From positions 3,072,001 to 3,136,000 of the forward strand of contig OZ250165.1 of the NCBI GenBank assembly GCA_965238005.1: a stretch of DNA of 64,000 bases, read 5' to 3'. A program made the translations under genes and the position numbers. Below are positions 47,447 to 57,559 of the stretch, in pieces. This stretch comes from Longimicrobiales bacterium (GTDB lineage: Bacteria; Gemmatimonadota; Gemmatimonadetes; Longimicrobiales; Gaopeijiaceae). Each line of letters opens with the position of its first letter. Position 1 is the first letter of the stretch. Below the pieces are notes generated by a model. The model did no database searches. It was not told where the DNA came from and was given only the letters and a program-made list of their open reading frames with translations.

Positions 47447-49049
47447 GAGTCTGCGCCGCAGAACCCTGCGGCGGCTATCTTTGGTGGTAGCGAAGGCATT
47501 GGGAAGGCTTGCGGATCACCGAGGGGGGTGAATGGGAACGACATTTCGACCGTACGATCCGGAGCAGATGTTGTTGCTGCCTCCGGATCTTCGGGAGTGG
47601 GTGTCGGAGGGTCATTTGGCGCACCATGTGAGCGACCTGGTGGACGCGGTGGAGCTGAGCGCGTTCTACGGGCGGTACCGGGGGGACGGGCGGCGCAACT
47701 CGCCGTACGACCCTCGGATGATGGTCAAGGTGCTGATCTACGCGTATGCGACGGGCACCTTCTCGTCGCGGAAGATGGCGAGGAAGCTGGAGGAGGATGT
47801 CGCGTTTCGGATGCTGGCGGCGGAGAACTTCCCGAAGCACCGGACGCTGTGCGAGTTCCGCAAGCGCCATCTCGGGGATTTCCGGGCGGTGTTTGTGGAG
47901 GTGGTGATGCTCGCGCGGGCCTTGGGGCTGGCGGGGCTTGGCAGGGTGTCGGTGGACGGGACGAAGGTTCGGGCGAACGCGAACAAGCGCAAGGCGATGA
48001 GCTACGGCCGGATGGTGACCGGGGAGCCTCGGCTGGAGGCGGAGATCCGGGGGCTGTTGGAGAGGGCCGAGGCGGTGGACGAAGCGGAAGACGAGCGCTA
48101 CGGCGAGGAAGCATGCGGAGACGAGGTGCCGGAGGAGCTCAAGCGGCGCGAGGACCGGCTGGCGGCGATCCGGGAGGCGAAGGCGCGCCTGGAAGCCGAG
48201 CAGAGAGCGGCGGACGACGCACGGGGCCGCAAGCCGGGGCAGACGCGCAACCCGAAGGGCGGCAGGCCCTACAAGCGGGAGTACGGAGAGCCGGACGAGG
48301 CGGCGCAGAGCAACTTCACGGACCCTGAGAGCCGGATCATGAAGACGAGTTCGGAGGGGTTCCAGCAGTGCTACAACGCACAGACGGTCGTGGAGGGGGA
48401 GAACCAGCTGGTGGTCGGGGCCGAGGTGACGGACAACGCGAGCGACCAGGGCCAGCTGGTGCCCATGGTCGACGCGGTGGCGCAAGCGTACGGCGAGATG
48501 CCGGCGCAGGTGCTGGCGGACACGGGCTATTGCAACGAGCGGGATCTCGAGGAACTGGAAGAGCGAGACATCGACGGGTATGTGGCGCTGGCCCGGGAGG
48601 GCAAGGCCGCCCCCACGGTTGACAAGGAGGAATATCCGGCGAAAGTCCGCATGGCGGAGAAGCTGGCGAGCGAAGATGGCCGCAGACGCTACGCACGGCG
48701 AAAGTCGCAGGCCGAGGCGCCCATCGGCTGGATCAAGGAAGTGATGGGCTTTCGACGATTCAGCTTCCGGGGCCTCGAGAAGGTCCGGGCCGAGTGGACC
48801 CTCGTGTGCCTGGCACTCAATGTGAAGCGGCTGCACACCCTTCAGGCGGCATGACTGCACGAGGGTTCACCCGCATCTGCCGGCGCGAGGGCTCTCGTAG
48901 CTCTCTTGCCCCCCCCCAACGCATCCATTCCGCTCTCCCGATCCGTCGCAGACACAAGTCCTCAACCTCCCAATCACCCGGATCCGCCTCGCCGCGGACG
49001 GCTCGATGACCATTCGGCTCAGTCAGCTGTGCTTCTGCGGCGCAGACTC
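47447..49049 (+). mobile_element. IS1182-family element, copy 1
   Basis: TIR gagtctgcgccgcagaa; CTAG at 47443-47446 and 49050-49053. Confidence 0.92.
47532..48854 (+). CDS. IS1182-family transposase
   Basis: Q..LLPP.L.EW....HL, YDPRMM, SSR, VDGTK..ANA, TDPES, YNAQ, ADTGY, E..IG.IK...GFRRF..RG. Confidence 0.93.
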   Translation: MGTTFRPYDPEQMLLLPPDLREWVSEGHLAHHVSDLVDAVELSAFYGRYRGDGRRNSPYDPRMMVKVLIYAYATGTFSSRKMARKLEEDVAFRMLAAENFPKHRTLCEFRKRHLGDFRAVFVEVVMLARALGLAGLGRVSVDGTKVRANANKRKAMSYGRMVTGEPRLEAEIRGLLERAEAVDEAEDERYGEEACGDEVPEELKRREDRLAAIREAKARLEAEQRAADDARGRKPGQTRNPKGGRPYKREYGEPDEAAQSNFTDPESRIMKTSSEGFQQCYNAQTVVEGENQLVVGAEVTDNASDQGQLVPMVDAVAQAYGEMPAQVLADTGYCNERDLEELEERDIDGYVALAREGKAAPTVDKEEYPAKVRMAEKLASEDGRRRYARRKSQAEAPIGWIKEVMGFRRFSFRGLEKVRAEWTLVCLALNVKRLHTLQAA

Positions 49050-49090
49050 CTAGCCCACTACGGCTGTTGTCCAGACGAGAGAGGCGAGTG

Positions 49091-50338
49091 ATGGACAGGC
49101 GGACGTTGCTGAAGACCGGTGCCATGGGAGTCTTGGGACTGGGTCTCGGAGGGTGCGGGGTGCGATCGGGACCCTCGGCGTCCACGCGGCCTCGGCTGAC
49201 GCTCTCCCCGGTGGAGGCCTCGTGGGAGCGGGTCATCCGTACGACTGTGGGCCTCCGCCCTCATCGGCGCTCCGGCTTTGTCGTCAAAGCCGACAAGGTC
49301 GACGACAAGACGCTCATCCATAACTACGGGCACGGGGGAGCCGGTATGTCCCTCTCATGGGGCACCGGATACCTGGCCGCAGAGCTGGCGCTCGAACAGG
49401 AATCCCGCCGTGCAGCGGTGATCGGGAGCGGGGTGGCGGGGCTGACGACTGGCCGGCAGCTCCAACGGAGAGGTTTCGACGTCACCATCTACGCCATGGC
49501 CGTGCCACCGAACACGACCTCCAATATGTCACTGGCCAGCTTCACCCCGACCTCCGGACTCGTGAGCGTCGGGGGTCGCACTCTCGAGTGGGATGCCCAG
49601 TTCAGACGGGCCGTAGACATCGCATACAAGCAGCTTCAGCTCTTGATCAGCCCCAAGTACGGCGTCTCATGGATCAACATGTACTCCCTGATGAACGAAA
49701 TGCCTGCGGCCGGCACAGCCCAGGGCACGGGAAGGCTTCTTCCTACGGAGTTCCGACCTGGTCGCGTCATTCTCCAGCCGGGCGAGCATCCCTTTCCGTC
49801 GAGGTATGCCAGCTCCCGACCGTCCATGCGGATCGAGCCCTCCATATACCTCGACGCTCTCATGAGCGACTTCCTCCTCTTCGGGGGCCGCATCGTCATC
49901 CGCAAGTTCGATACACCCCGGGACTTGGCCGCTTTGGAGGAGCCGGTCATCGTCAATTGCACGGGACTGGGCTCCAAGGCCCTCTTCGACGACCAGGAGC
50001 TCATTCCGGTGAAGGGGCAGCTCACCGTGTTGGTCCCCCAGCCTGCGGTCGACTACGCCACCCTCGGCGGCATCCCCGGAAGGGCGCGTGAAGAGGGCGG
50101 ATTCGGGATCCACATGCAACCCCGGAGCGACGGCATCATCCTCGGTGGCACCTCCGAGCGCGGGGAGTGGTCGCTGGAACCAAACGAAGAGGCCCGGCGT
50201 CGTGTGGTGGAGGACCATATCGAGCTCTTCGGGGCAATGCGCTCCTCGGCTCCGGGGCGATGGTCGGCGCCGACTCGATCTTCCTTCACACCGACCGAAG
50301 CGCCTCCCGTCGAGAGCTTTTTCGGGCTGGAATCCTAG
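49091..50338 (+). CDS. D-amino-acid oxidase-like FAD oxidoreductase, circularly permuted, Tat lipoprotein
   Basis: DRRTLL...LGGC; GLRP and HNYGHGGAG come before GSGVAG; NCTGLG, P.KGQ. Confidence 0.85.
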   Translation: MDRRTLLKTGAMGVLGLGLGGCGVRSGPSASTRPRLTLSPVEASWERVIRTTVGLRPHRRSGFVVKADKVDDKTLIHNYGHGGAGMSLSWGTGYLAAELALEQESRRAAVIGSGVAGLTTGRQLQRRGFDVTIYAMAVPPNTTSNMSLASFTPTSGLVSVGGRTLEWDAQFRRAVDIAYKQLQLLISPKYGVSWINMYSLMNEMPAAGTAQGTGRLLPTEFRPGRVILQPGEHPFPSRYASSRPSMRIEPSIYLDALMSDFLLFGGRIVIRKFDTPRDLAALEEPVIVNCTGLGSKALFDDQELIPVKGQLTVLVPQPAVDYATLGGIPGRAREEGGFGIHMQPRSDGIILGGTSERGEWSLEPNEEARRRVVEDHIELFGAMRSSAPGRWSAPTRSSFTPTEAPPVESFFGLES

Positions 50339-50373
50339 TGTTCGGTTTCGGACGTTCGCGAGACACCAAGAGG
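50335..50373. repeat. Diverged solo MITE left end at the oxidase stop codon
   Basis: 35/39 identity to the MITE start. Confidence 0.75.
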
Positions 50374-50563
50374 CCGCTCGGACCCGGACCGCCGGACAGT
50401 CACTGACGGGGAGTGGATCGAGAGCCAACGAGATCGTGAGTTCTCCCCCGGTTCCGTCGAACGGCGATCCGGATCCGAGCGACGAATCAGGTCCGCCCCT
50501 TTAAGAAGCGCGAAGGCGGCGGGCGAGCGCAGGTTCGAACGGGACTGGGGACTGTCGAGCCGC

Positions 50564-50857
50564 CTATTCGTCGCCGCCGAACGCTGTCACGATCTGCCCC
50601 ATCGAAGGGGCGCCATCCGCACTGCACGAGAGCCCGGTGGCCGCCGCCTGGGCGTCCGCGACGTCCTTTCCACCCACGAGCACCGTCGGTGACCCATATG
50701 ATCGGTAGCGCTCGGGCGTTGCTCCGTCCTCAAGATCCCACTCGACCCATTGCTCGGCTCGACCGATCTCACGGAGCGCGCTGCGGATGTTTTCGCGAGC
50801 TCTATCGGTGTTCGGACAGCCTGTGAAGTAGACCAACTCGACTCCGCTGTGTCTCAT
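50564..50857 (-). CDS. Small thioredoxin-like protein
   Basis: VELVYFTGCPN, GSPTVLV.G.D, LSC. Confidence 0.65.
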   Translation of the reverse strand: MRHSGVELVYFTGCPNTDRARENIRSALREIGRAEQWVEWDLEDGATPERYRSYGSPTVLVGGKDVADAQAAATGLSCSADGAPSMGQIVTAFGGDE

Positions 50858-51223
50858 TGCTCGTCCCTCATCGATCGCGATCCTTTAGATGCCGACCCCA
50901 TGTGGCCATTGCATCCCCAATCAATCGCCTCGCATCTTTGATCCCCGCCCGCGGCTGCACTACCGAATCAGGTAGAACTCCGGCACCGTGGCCATGCTAC
51001 CCCGGTGGGGTGAGATAGATAGTGGCGCTCATGCCCTCACGCCCTGCCTGTGCCAGAGCGCCGCCCAGGGCCTGGTTTCCGGTCACACCGATCTCGGCGA
51101 CACTGTGGCCTACTACGACATGTACGAGATGCCGGACATCCCCGGGCAAGGTAGCGGTGGTGGGACGAGCGCAGCGAGATCAATGGCCGAAACGCTTCTT
51201 GGACACCGCACTAGGCCTGCGCT

Positions 51224-52537
51224 TCACTCCGTTGCGGTCTTCCCCACCGTGAACCAACCCGCCAGCACCAATGCGGCGATCATCGCCCCCGCACCCACCG
51301 TCAGCCCGGGCTGGGTTCCTGCCAAGATGGCCAGAATCGCCACGTAGAGCACCACCGTGAGCCCTGGGAGCCATGGATGTCCCGGCACGCGGAACGGACG
51401 CTCGAGCTCGGGACGCTTGCTCCGAAGGCGGAAGTATCCCATGAGCACCATCGTGTCCACCGTGATGGCCACCATCATCATGAACTGGATGAGAAACTCG
51501 AAAGCACCAGTGAGCGCCAGAACGCCGATCCACGCCGAGATGAAGTAAAGGGCGTTCCGAGGCGTCCCGCGCTCGTCCACCCGGGTGAACGCCCCGAACG
51601 CTAGGCCGTGCTTGGCCAATCCGTAGGCCACCCGAGGCAGTCCCAGGAAGTTCACGTTGATGCTGCTGATCAGGATCAGGAGGCTGGCCAGAACGACCAC
51701 CGTCCCCGCCGCGCTCCCGAACACCTCGGCGATGGCGTCCTGGGCCACGAGCTCCGAGCCGGCCATCTCGGCCGGGGTGAGGGCCGCCAGGAACGCCACG
51801 TTCATGAGCAGATAGAGAGTTGCGACGGCCGCGGCTCCCCCCAGGAGGATCTTGGGCAGAGACCGGCCGGGATCCTGGACCTCCTCCGCCATCTTGGCCG
51901 CGTCTTCCCAGCCGTAGTACGCGAACGCCACGGCCTGGTAGGCGAGGGCGAAGCCCAGCAATCCCGATCCCTCGACGACGAGGGAGCCCGAGGTGAAGCC
52001 TGCCATGTCCCCGGCCCAGATGCCGGCTGCGGCGATGAGGAAGACCACCAGGACCTTGATGGCCGTGGTCACGTTCTGGAACACCGTGCTGGTCTTCAGA
52101 CCGCGGGTGTGGAGGAAGAAGAACGCCAGCGCCACGGCACCGGCCAGGATGGACACCGAGCCGCGCCCAGCAAGGATACGGATGTACTCGGCGATCACCA
52201 CCGCTTTGGCCGCACCCGAAAAGCCACGCGTGACCAGGAGCTCGGACCACCCGGCCACGAAGCCCATGACCGGCCCCCACGCCTCCCGGGCATACACGAA
52301 CTTGCCGCCGGCCTGGGGGAGGGACGCCGACATCTCGGCGAGGAGGAGGGTGCTGAGGGCCGCCACCACTCCCCCCAAGACCCACACGCCCAGGATGAAC
52401 CACGGGTCTCCCAGATAGCCGGCAATGAGCCCCGGCGTCCGGAGGATGCCGGCACCGATGACGATCCCGACAGTGACGGCCAGGCCGTCCCGGATTCGGA
52501 GCACGCGGGTTAGGGAGTAAGGCGACTCGGAACTCAT
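51224..52537 (-). CDS. APC-family amino acid permease
   Basis: GIVIGAGI, AEM...P.AGG, AYYGW, EEV.DP, RPFRVPG.P. Confidence 0.9.
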   Translation of the reverse strand: MSSESPYSLTRVLRIRDGLAVTVGIVIGAGILRTPGLIAGYLGDPWFILGVWVLGGVVAALSTLLLAEMSASLPQAGGKFVYAREAWGPVMGFVAGWSELLVTRGFSGAAKAVVIAEYIRILAGRGSVSILAGAVALAFFFLHTRGLKTSTVFQNVTTAIKVLVVFLIAAAGIWAGDMAGFTSGSLVVEGSGLLGFALAYQAVAFAYYGWEDAAKMAEEVQDPGRSLPKILLGGAAAVATLYLLMNVAFLAALTPAEMAGSELVAQDAIAEVFGSAAGTVVVLASLLILISSINVNFLGLPRVAYGLAKHGLAFGAFTRVDERGTPRNALYFISAWIGVLALTGAFEFLIQFMMMVAITVDTMVLMGYFRLRSKRPELERPFRVPGHPWLPGLTVVLYVAILAILAGTQPGLTVGAGAMIAALVLAGWFTVGKTATE

Positions 52538-52744
52538 GGCGTGGACTCCGGGGCGCCTGAGGAGCGGCGAAGGCCTTGGAACGCGGAACGGCCGCAAGCT
52601 ATTTCGACGGCGCTACCCAGGCCAGTAGACCGGACCTGCGTCAGGTTCGAGTGCCCCGAGGCGCCGGCCACGTCCTTGCTCCCCGCTCCGGCTGAAGTAG
52701 AATCCTGGAGTAGGACAGTCCGATTACCGCATTTGGACCCATGG

Positions 52745-53197
52745 ATGAAGCGATTGGAGATCGTGGCACTCGCGATGGCGGCAGCGGCGTGCGGCCCCGA
52801 GGATGCGAGCCAAGGGGAAGGCGCGAGTCAGATGGACGGAATAGCGGAGCCTTACGTGAGGCTCGTCTTGGCCGTCGGTGAGCACGATAGCGACTACGTC
52901 GATGCCTTTTACGGCCCTGCGGAGTGGCGTGACCAGGCATCTGAGGAGGGTCTGCCGCAGATCGACGGCGAAGAAGCCGCCGCCTGGCTCCAGCAGTACG
53001 CCATGTTCAGCCCCGAGGGCGCCAGACAGCGGATGCGGTTCGTGGACCAGTACCGCAGCTACGTGATCAACTACAATCTCGGTCAGGATCTGGTGAGGGG
53101 GTTCGTGGACGGGGATGGCGAGACCAGGGCCCGGGAGGACCGATGGGTCCGGTTCATTCAGCTCCTGACATCGCCGCGGTTGCCGGGAGATCTATAG
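52745..53197 (+). pseudogene. Lipoprotein with apparent in-frame internal deletion
   Basis: Lipobox AAAC; YVRLVL..G.HD.DYVDA.YGP.EW joined to ID.EEA..WL...YRSYVINYN.G...PRLP; I recall this family as several hundred aa long. Confidence 0.6.
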
Positions 53198-53292
53198 AGG
53201 AACGACAGAATTTGGAACGACGAAGAACGGCCGCGCCCGAACCGGGTAATGCAGTCGAAAACGCAACTTTTCTGCTTGGATGTGAGGGTCTC

Positions 53293-55722
53293 ATGAGACG
53301 GATTGTCTACGGGCTACTGGCGATTTTCATCGCCACAGGATGGGGAACGACGGTGTCGGCGTCGGCGCAGTCGATGGCGGCTGGCGACCGATCCAACGCC
53401 GCTGCGCCCGGGTACGGTGGTGCCGTTGTGGTAAGCGACGGCGACGTCCTCGTGGGTGAGGCGGGCAACATGATCGGGCCCGGGGCCGTGTACGTGTACC
53501 GGAAGGGATCGCAGGGCTGGGAGGAGGTTGCACGCCTTCACGCATCCAACGGTTACCGAGGTGACGGGTTCGGTACGGCCATCGCAGTGGACGGCGGGAC
53601 CATGCTGGTCAGCACCCGGCCCCAGGCCCAGATCGACGGCTCAGCCGCCGTGTACGTGTTCGAGCGGTCTGCCCCGGGGAGTTGGGCCGAAGTCGGCCGT
53701 CTCCCGGAGGTCGACGTGGACGCCGACGCCGGCTATGGGACCTCACTGGCGTTCAACAACGGCATGGCCTTGGTGGGCGCACCTGCCCTCCAGGCCGCCG
53801 GCGGTCGGGGTGGCAACCAGCTTGGCCAGTCGACCGGTGAAGGCGCGCTCTACGTCTTCAGCGGCTCGGGCGACACCTGGACCGAAGGGGGCCGGCTCAC
53901 GGCCGGTGATGCCGGCAACGCTTTCGGCGCCAGCCTGTCCGTGCAGTCGGGCCGGCTCCTGGTGGGCGCGCCCCTCGCCGACGGTACCGGAGCCGTCTAC
54001 GCGTTTCGCATGGACGGGGGTGGTTGGCAGCAGGAGGGTACCCTTTCGATCCGGGGACTGGTAGCCGATGACGCTTTCGGCGCGTCGGTGAGCATAGACG
54101 GTGACCAGGCCCTGGTATCCGCACCCGGCCGGAATGAGGCCGAAGGGGCGGTCTTCGCCTTCCGACAGGATCCCGGCAGCGGTGAGTGGAGCCCCGCGGG
54201 CCAGCTCCTCCCCTTCGACGGATCTCAAGAGGACGGCTTCGGCTTGACCGTCGCCCTGGGTGGGAGCGAGGTATGGATCGGCTCGCCGCGAGCCGGCGGC
54301 CGGCGGGGCGCAGCCTACGTTTTCTCGGGAGGGATCTCCAAGGGCTGGACCGCGGCCACGAAGGTCGTGAACAGCGACCCCCGCTCGGGTGACGGCTTCG
54401 CGTCGGCTCTGGACGTGGAGGGCGACGTGGCCGTCGTTGGGGTGATGGGCGCGGACCATGGGGTCGGAACCGCCACCATCTTCGAGCGTGGTGACCAAGG
54501 CTGGGAGATGGCCGGCTCTCTCACGGGTGAGCTGGAGCAGTACGCCGCGGTTCTTGGAGAGCAGGTAGATTGCTCCGATGGCGCCGCCACCGCCTTCGAG
54601 TGCGCCGACTACGACCTGGTGTCCTTCCTCCCCGTGGGAGACATGGGCGTTCCGCGAGGGGTCAATCTGAACGACATCTGGGGATGGACGGATCCCGAGA
54701 CGGGCCGGGAGTACGCCCTGGCGGGTCGCCGGGACGGCGTGTCCTTCGTGGACGTCACCGATCCCCTCCACCCGCGCTACCTGGGGCAACTCCTGAGGAC
54801 CGAGGGATCGCCCCTGGCCGCGTGGAGGGACATCAAGGTCTACAAAGACCACGCCTACATCGTGGCGGACGGCTCGGGCCTCCACGGCATCCAAATCTTC
54901 GACCTGACCCAACTCCGCGACGTGACCGAGCCGGTGACGTTCGACGAGACGGCGCACTACGACGGCGTGGCCAGTGTCCACAACATCGCCATCAACGAGG
55001 AGACAGGCTTCGCGTACAGCATCGGGAACAGCTCGGGCGGAGAGACGTGCGGCGGCGGGATTCACATCATCGATATCAAGGAGCCTACGAGTCCGACTTT
55101 CGCCGGGTGCTTCTCCCAGCCGGGCACGGGCCGCAACGGTACAGGCTACACCCACGACGCCCAATGCGTGACCTATCACGGCCCCGACGAGGAGCACCAG
55201 GGCAAGCAGATCTGCTTCGGATCCAACGAGACGGCCCTCAGCATCGCGGACGTCACGGACCCCGCCAACACCATGGCCCTCGGCCTGGCGACCTACCCGG
55301 ACGTGGCGTACACCCACCAGGGCTGGCTCACCGAGGACCAGCGGTACTTCTTCCAGGGAGACGAGCTCGACGAGGACAACGTGCGTAAGACGCGCACGCT
55401 CGTCTGGGACGTCTCGGACCTGGACGACCCACAGCTCGCCAAAGAGTTCTGGGGGACCCACGAGTCCACGGACCACAACATGTACGTCCTGGGCAACCTC
55501 CTCTACCAGTCCAACAACCGTGCAGGACTGCGCGTGCTCGATATCAGCGATCCCGAGAACCCGGTGGAGGTGGGATACTTCGATACCGTGCCCCATGGCG
55601 ACAACGGGACCGGATCGGGCGGATCGTGGAGCAACTATCCCTACTTCGAGAGCGGGATCGTCGTCGTCAGCAGCCGATTCGAAGGGCTCTTCATCCTCAA
55701 GAAAAGGCGGCCCATCATGTGA
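53293..55722 (+). CDS. Choice-of-anchor B family protein (FG-GAP repeats + LVIVD-like propeller)
   Basis: FG.....DG...LVGAP...GAVY repeats; NDIWGWTDP.TGREYA, WRDIKVY, HDAQC, YTHQGW, DELDE, DHN, WS.YPYF.SG. Confidence 0.85.
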   Translation: MRRIVYGLLAIFIATGWGTTVSASAQSMAAGDRSNAAAPGYGGAVVVSDGDVLVGEAGNMIGPGAVYVYRKGSQGWEEVARLHASNGYRGDGFGTAIAVDGGTMLVSTRPQAQIDGSAAVYVFERSAPGSWAEVGRLPEVDVDADAGYGTSLAFNNGMALVGAPALQAAGGRGGNQLGQSTGEGALYVFSGSGDTWTEGGRLTAGDAGNAFGASLSVQSGRLLVGAPLADGTGAVYAFRMDGGGWQQEGTLSIRGLVADDAFGASVSIDGDQALVSAPGRNEAEGAVFAFRQDPGSGEWSPAGQLLPFDGSQEDGFGLTVALGGSEVWIGSPRAGGRRGAAYVFSGGISKGWTAATKVVNSDPRSGDGFASALDVEGDVAVVGVMGADHGVGTATIFERGDQGWEMAGSLTGELEQYAAVLGEQVDCSDGAATAFECADYDLVSFLPVGDMGVPRGVNLNDIWGWTDPETGREYALAGRRDGVSFVDVTDPLHPRYLGQLLRTEGSPLAAWRDIKVYKDHAYIVADGSGLHGIQIFDLTQLRDVTEPVTFDETAHYDGVASVHNIAINEETGFAYSIGNSSGGETCGGGIHIIDIKEPTSPTFAGCFSQPGTGRNGTGYTHDAQCVTYHGPDEEHQGKQICFGSNETALSIADVTDPANTMALGLATYPDVAYTHQGWLTEDQRYFFQGDELDEDNVRKTRTLVWDVSDLDDPQLAKEFWGTHESTDHNMYVLGNLLYQSNNRAGLRVLDISDPENPVEVGYFDTVPHGDNGTGSGGSWSNYPYFESGIVVVSSRFEGLFILKKRRPIM

Positions 55723-55781
55723 GCGCAGTGGGCCACGGCCGTACGAGCTCACGGCTTCTCCACAACCCATCCTCCGGTCGA

Positions 55782-56828
55782 ATGAACGCCATCCTTCGCA
55801 GACGGATCAGGTCCACGGTGACCTTCGTCATCCTTGGCGCCATCGCAGGACTCCTGATCGGGCTCGTGGTCAGCCGGCTCGATGAGGCGATCGTGTTCTG
55901 GGGCGGTGTGCGGGGGATCTGCATCGGGATCCTCATCGGGCTTTTCCTAGGTGCCGGTGAGGAGTTCATGGTACCCCGCTTGAGCCGGAAGCTGAGCTTC
56001 TTGATGCTCAACCTCACCCGGGTGCTCTCCTACGCCGCCATCACCCTCATGGCGCTGGTTCTCGTGAATGCCTTCGCCTTCTCCTGGGCGTCGGGGAGGA
56101 CTCTCGGGGATGCGGCGTCGCTCTACCTAAGCGACGGGAGCGCGGTCCGCGACCTGGTTGTCGCCATCATAGCTGCCATCACCCTCACCTCGGCCCTTCA
56201 GGTCCGACGCCTGCACAACAAGGGCGAGATCAAGCGGCTCCTGACGGGGAAGTACTACTATCCCCAGGAGGAGTCCCGCGTCTTCCTGTTCGCCGACCTC
56301 GCCAGCTCGACGACCCACGCCGAGCGCTTGGGACCCCTGAGCTACAGCATGATGCTCCGGGATCTCTTCACCGACGTATCGGAAGCCATCCTCGCCTGGC
56401 ATGGTGAGGTGTATCAGTACGCTGGGGACGAGGTCATCATCAGCTGGCAGATGGAGCGGGGGGTACGAGACGCCGCATGTGTCCAGTGCTTCGTCGAGAT
56501 GGTCGCCTCCCTCGAGGAGCGCGCTAACCAGTATCGAGTCCGCTACGAGCTCGAGCCCGAGCTCCGCGGTGCCGTCCACGGCGGACAGGTGGTGACCGCA
56601 TGGGTGGGGGAGGCGAAGAAGGAGCTGGCATTCCACGGCGACACGCTGAACGCCACGGCTCGGATCCTGTCACTCTGCAAGGACCGGGGGGCCCGACTTC
56701 TCGTCTCCCAAGAGATCCTCGACCTTCTGACACTGCCCCCCAGGCTCGTAGCCACGTCCGTGGGCGAGGTGGAGCTGCGAGGGAAGCGGGAGCTCGTTCG
56801 CCTGTCTTCGGTAGCGTCACTGAGGTGA
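55782..56828 (+). CDS. Membrane class III adenylate/guanylate cyclase
   Basis: 4 TM, FADL.SST, GDE, H.G.V, GD.LN..AR, LRGK. Confidence 0.88.
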   Translation: MNAILRRRIRSTVTFVILGAIAGLLIGLVVSRLDEAIVFWGGVRGICIGILIGLFLGAGEEFMVPRLSRKLSFLMLNLTRVLSYAAITLMALVLVNAFAFSWASGRTLGDAASLYLSDGSAVRDLVVAIIAAITLTSALQVRRLHNKGEIKRLLTGKYYYPQEESRVFLFADLASSTTHAERLGPLSYSMMLRDLFTDVSEAILAWHGEVYQYAGDEVIISWQMERGVRDAACVQCFVEMVASLEERANQYRVRYELEPELRGAVHGGQVVTAWVGEAKKELAFHGDTLNATARILSLCKDRGARLLVSQEILDLLTLPPRLVATSVGEVELRGKRELVRLSSVASLR

Positions 56829-56996
56829 TGGACATCGTCTTCACGTACTGGATGGACGCAGCACCGCCGCGCGGATGCTACGGGTCGCTACGAGGGTGAT
56901 GGATCCGATCTTCAGGGCCTCGCGGGGAAACCGGTTCTACTCCTGGTCGGGGAGCTCGACGGTGGTGAGCGAGGCACTCGGCCACGGACCGCGCGC

Positions 56997-57260
56997 ATGA
57001 GATACGCGTCCTCCTCGTCGACCTGATCGGCAACACCCCCCTGCTCGCCCTCGATCGCATCAACACGGACCGTCCCGTCCTGTGGATGATCCAGGAGGCC
57101 GAGGGGCGCGGAGACATCGGCCCCGCCCCTGGGCACCCGGGGAACGCTGTGCGGCGTATCCGAAGCGCTGAAGCCGAAGAAGGCGGAGCTCTGGGTTGTC
57201 GGCGTGGAGCCGGAAGAGGCGCCCTTCGTCTCCGAAGGTCGAAGGGCTGTTCGACGTGGA
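56997..57260 (+). pseudogene. Fragmented cysteine synthase-like (PLP fold II) remnant
   Basis: Consecutive pieces DLIGNTPLL.LDRI, MIQEAE.RG.I.P, LK......VVGVEP...F in ~260 bp. Confidence 0.7.
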
Positions 57261-57559
57261 CTGACATCCTCCGGAGACCATTCTCCGAGTCACCGAAAAC
57301 ACTTCCAGGATTCGGAAAAGATTTCCGGCGAACGCCGTTTCGCTTCCGGCGGCTCTACTTTCCGAGACTCGATCCTCGCTCCTGGCATGGCCGTTGCAAT
57401 GGTTCTGTCACGGAAAGGTCCGTGCGCGGAGATGCGCATAAGGTCTACGCTGAGCATTTGGGCCATGGCGCATCGGAGCGCACGCGCCGGAACACGGGTG
57501 AAGCGGTAGGCAAGAAGCAGTGATCTCCGGCGTTTCGCGAAAGATGCTCGGAGGTCGAG

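Noticed and set aside
50860..51220. ORF 50988-51347 and nearby fragments
   Set aside because: Overlaps the permease 3' end and has no recognisable motif
53743..55770. Long antisense or alternative-frame ORFs (e.g. 53743-55770, 47475-48860, 35263-36765, 4155-5471)
   Set aside because: Shadows of high-GC coding genes, with no recognisable motifs
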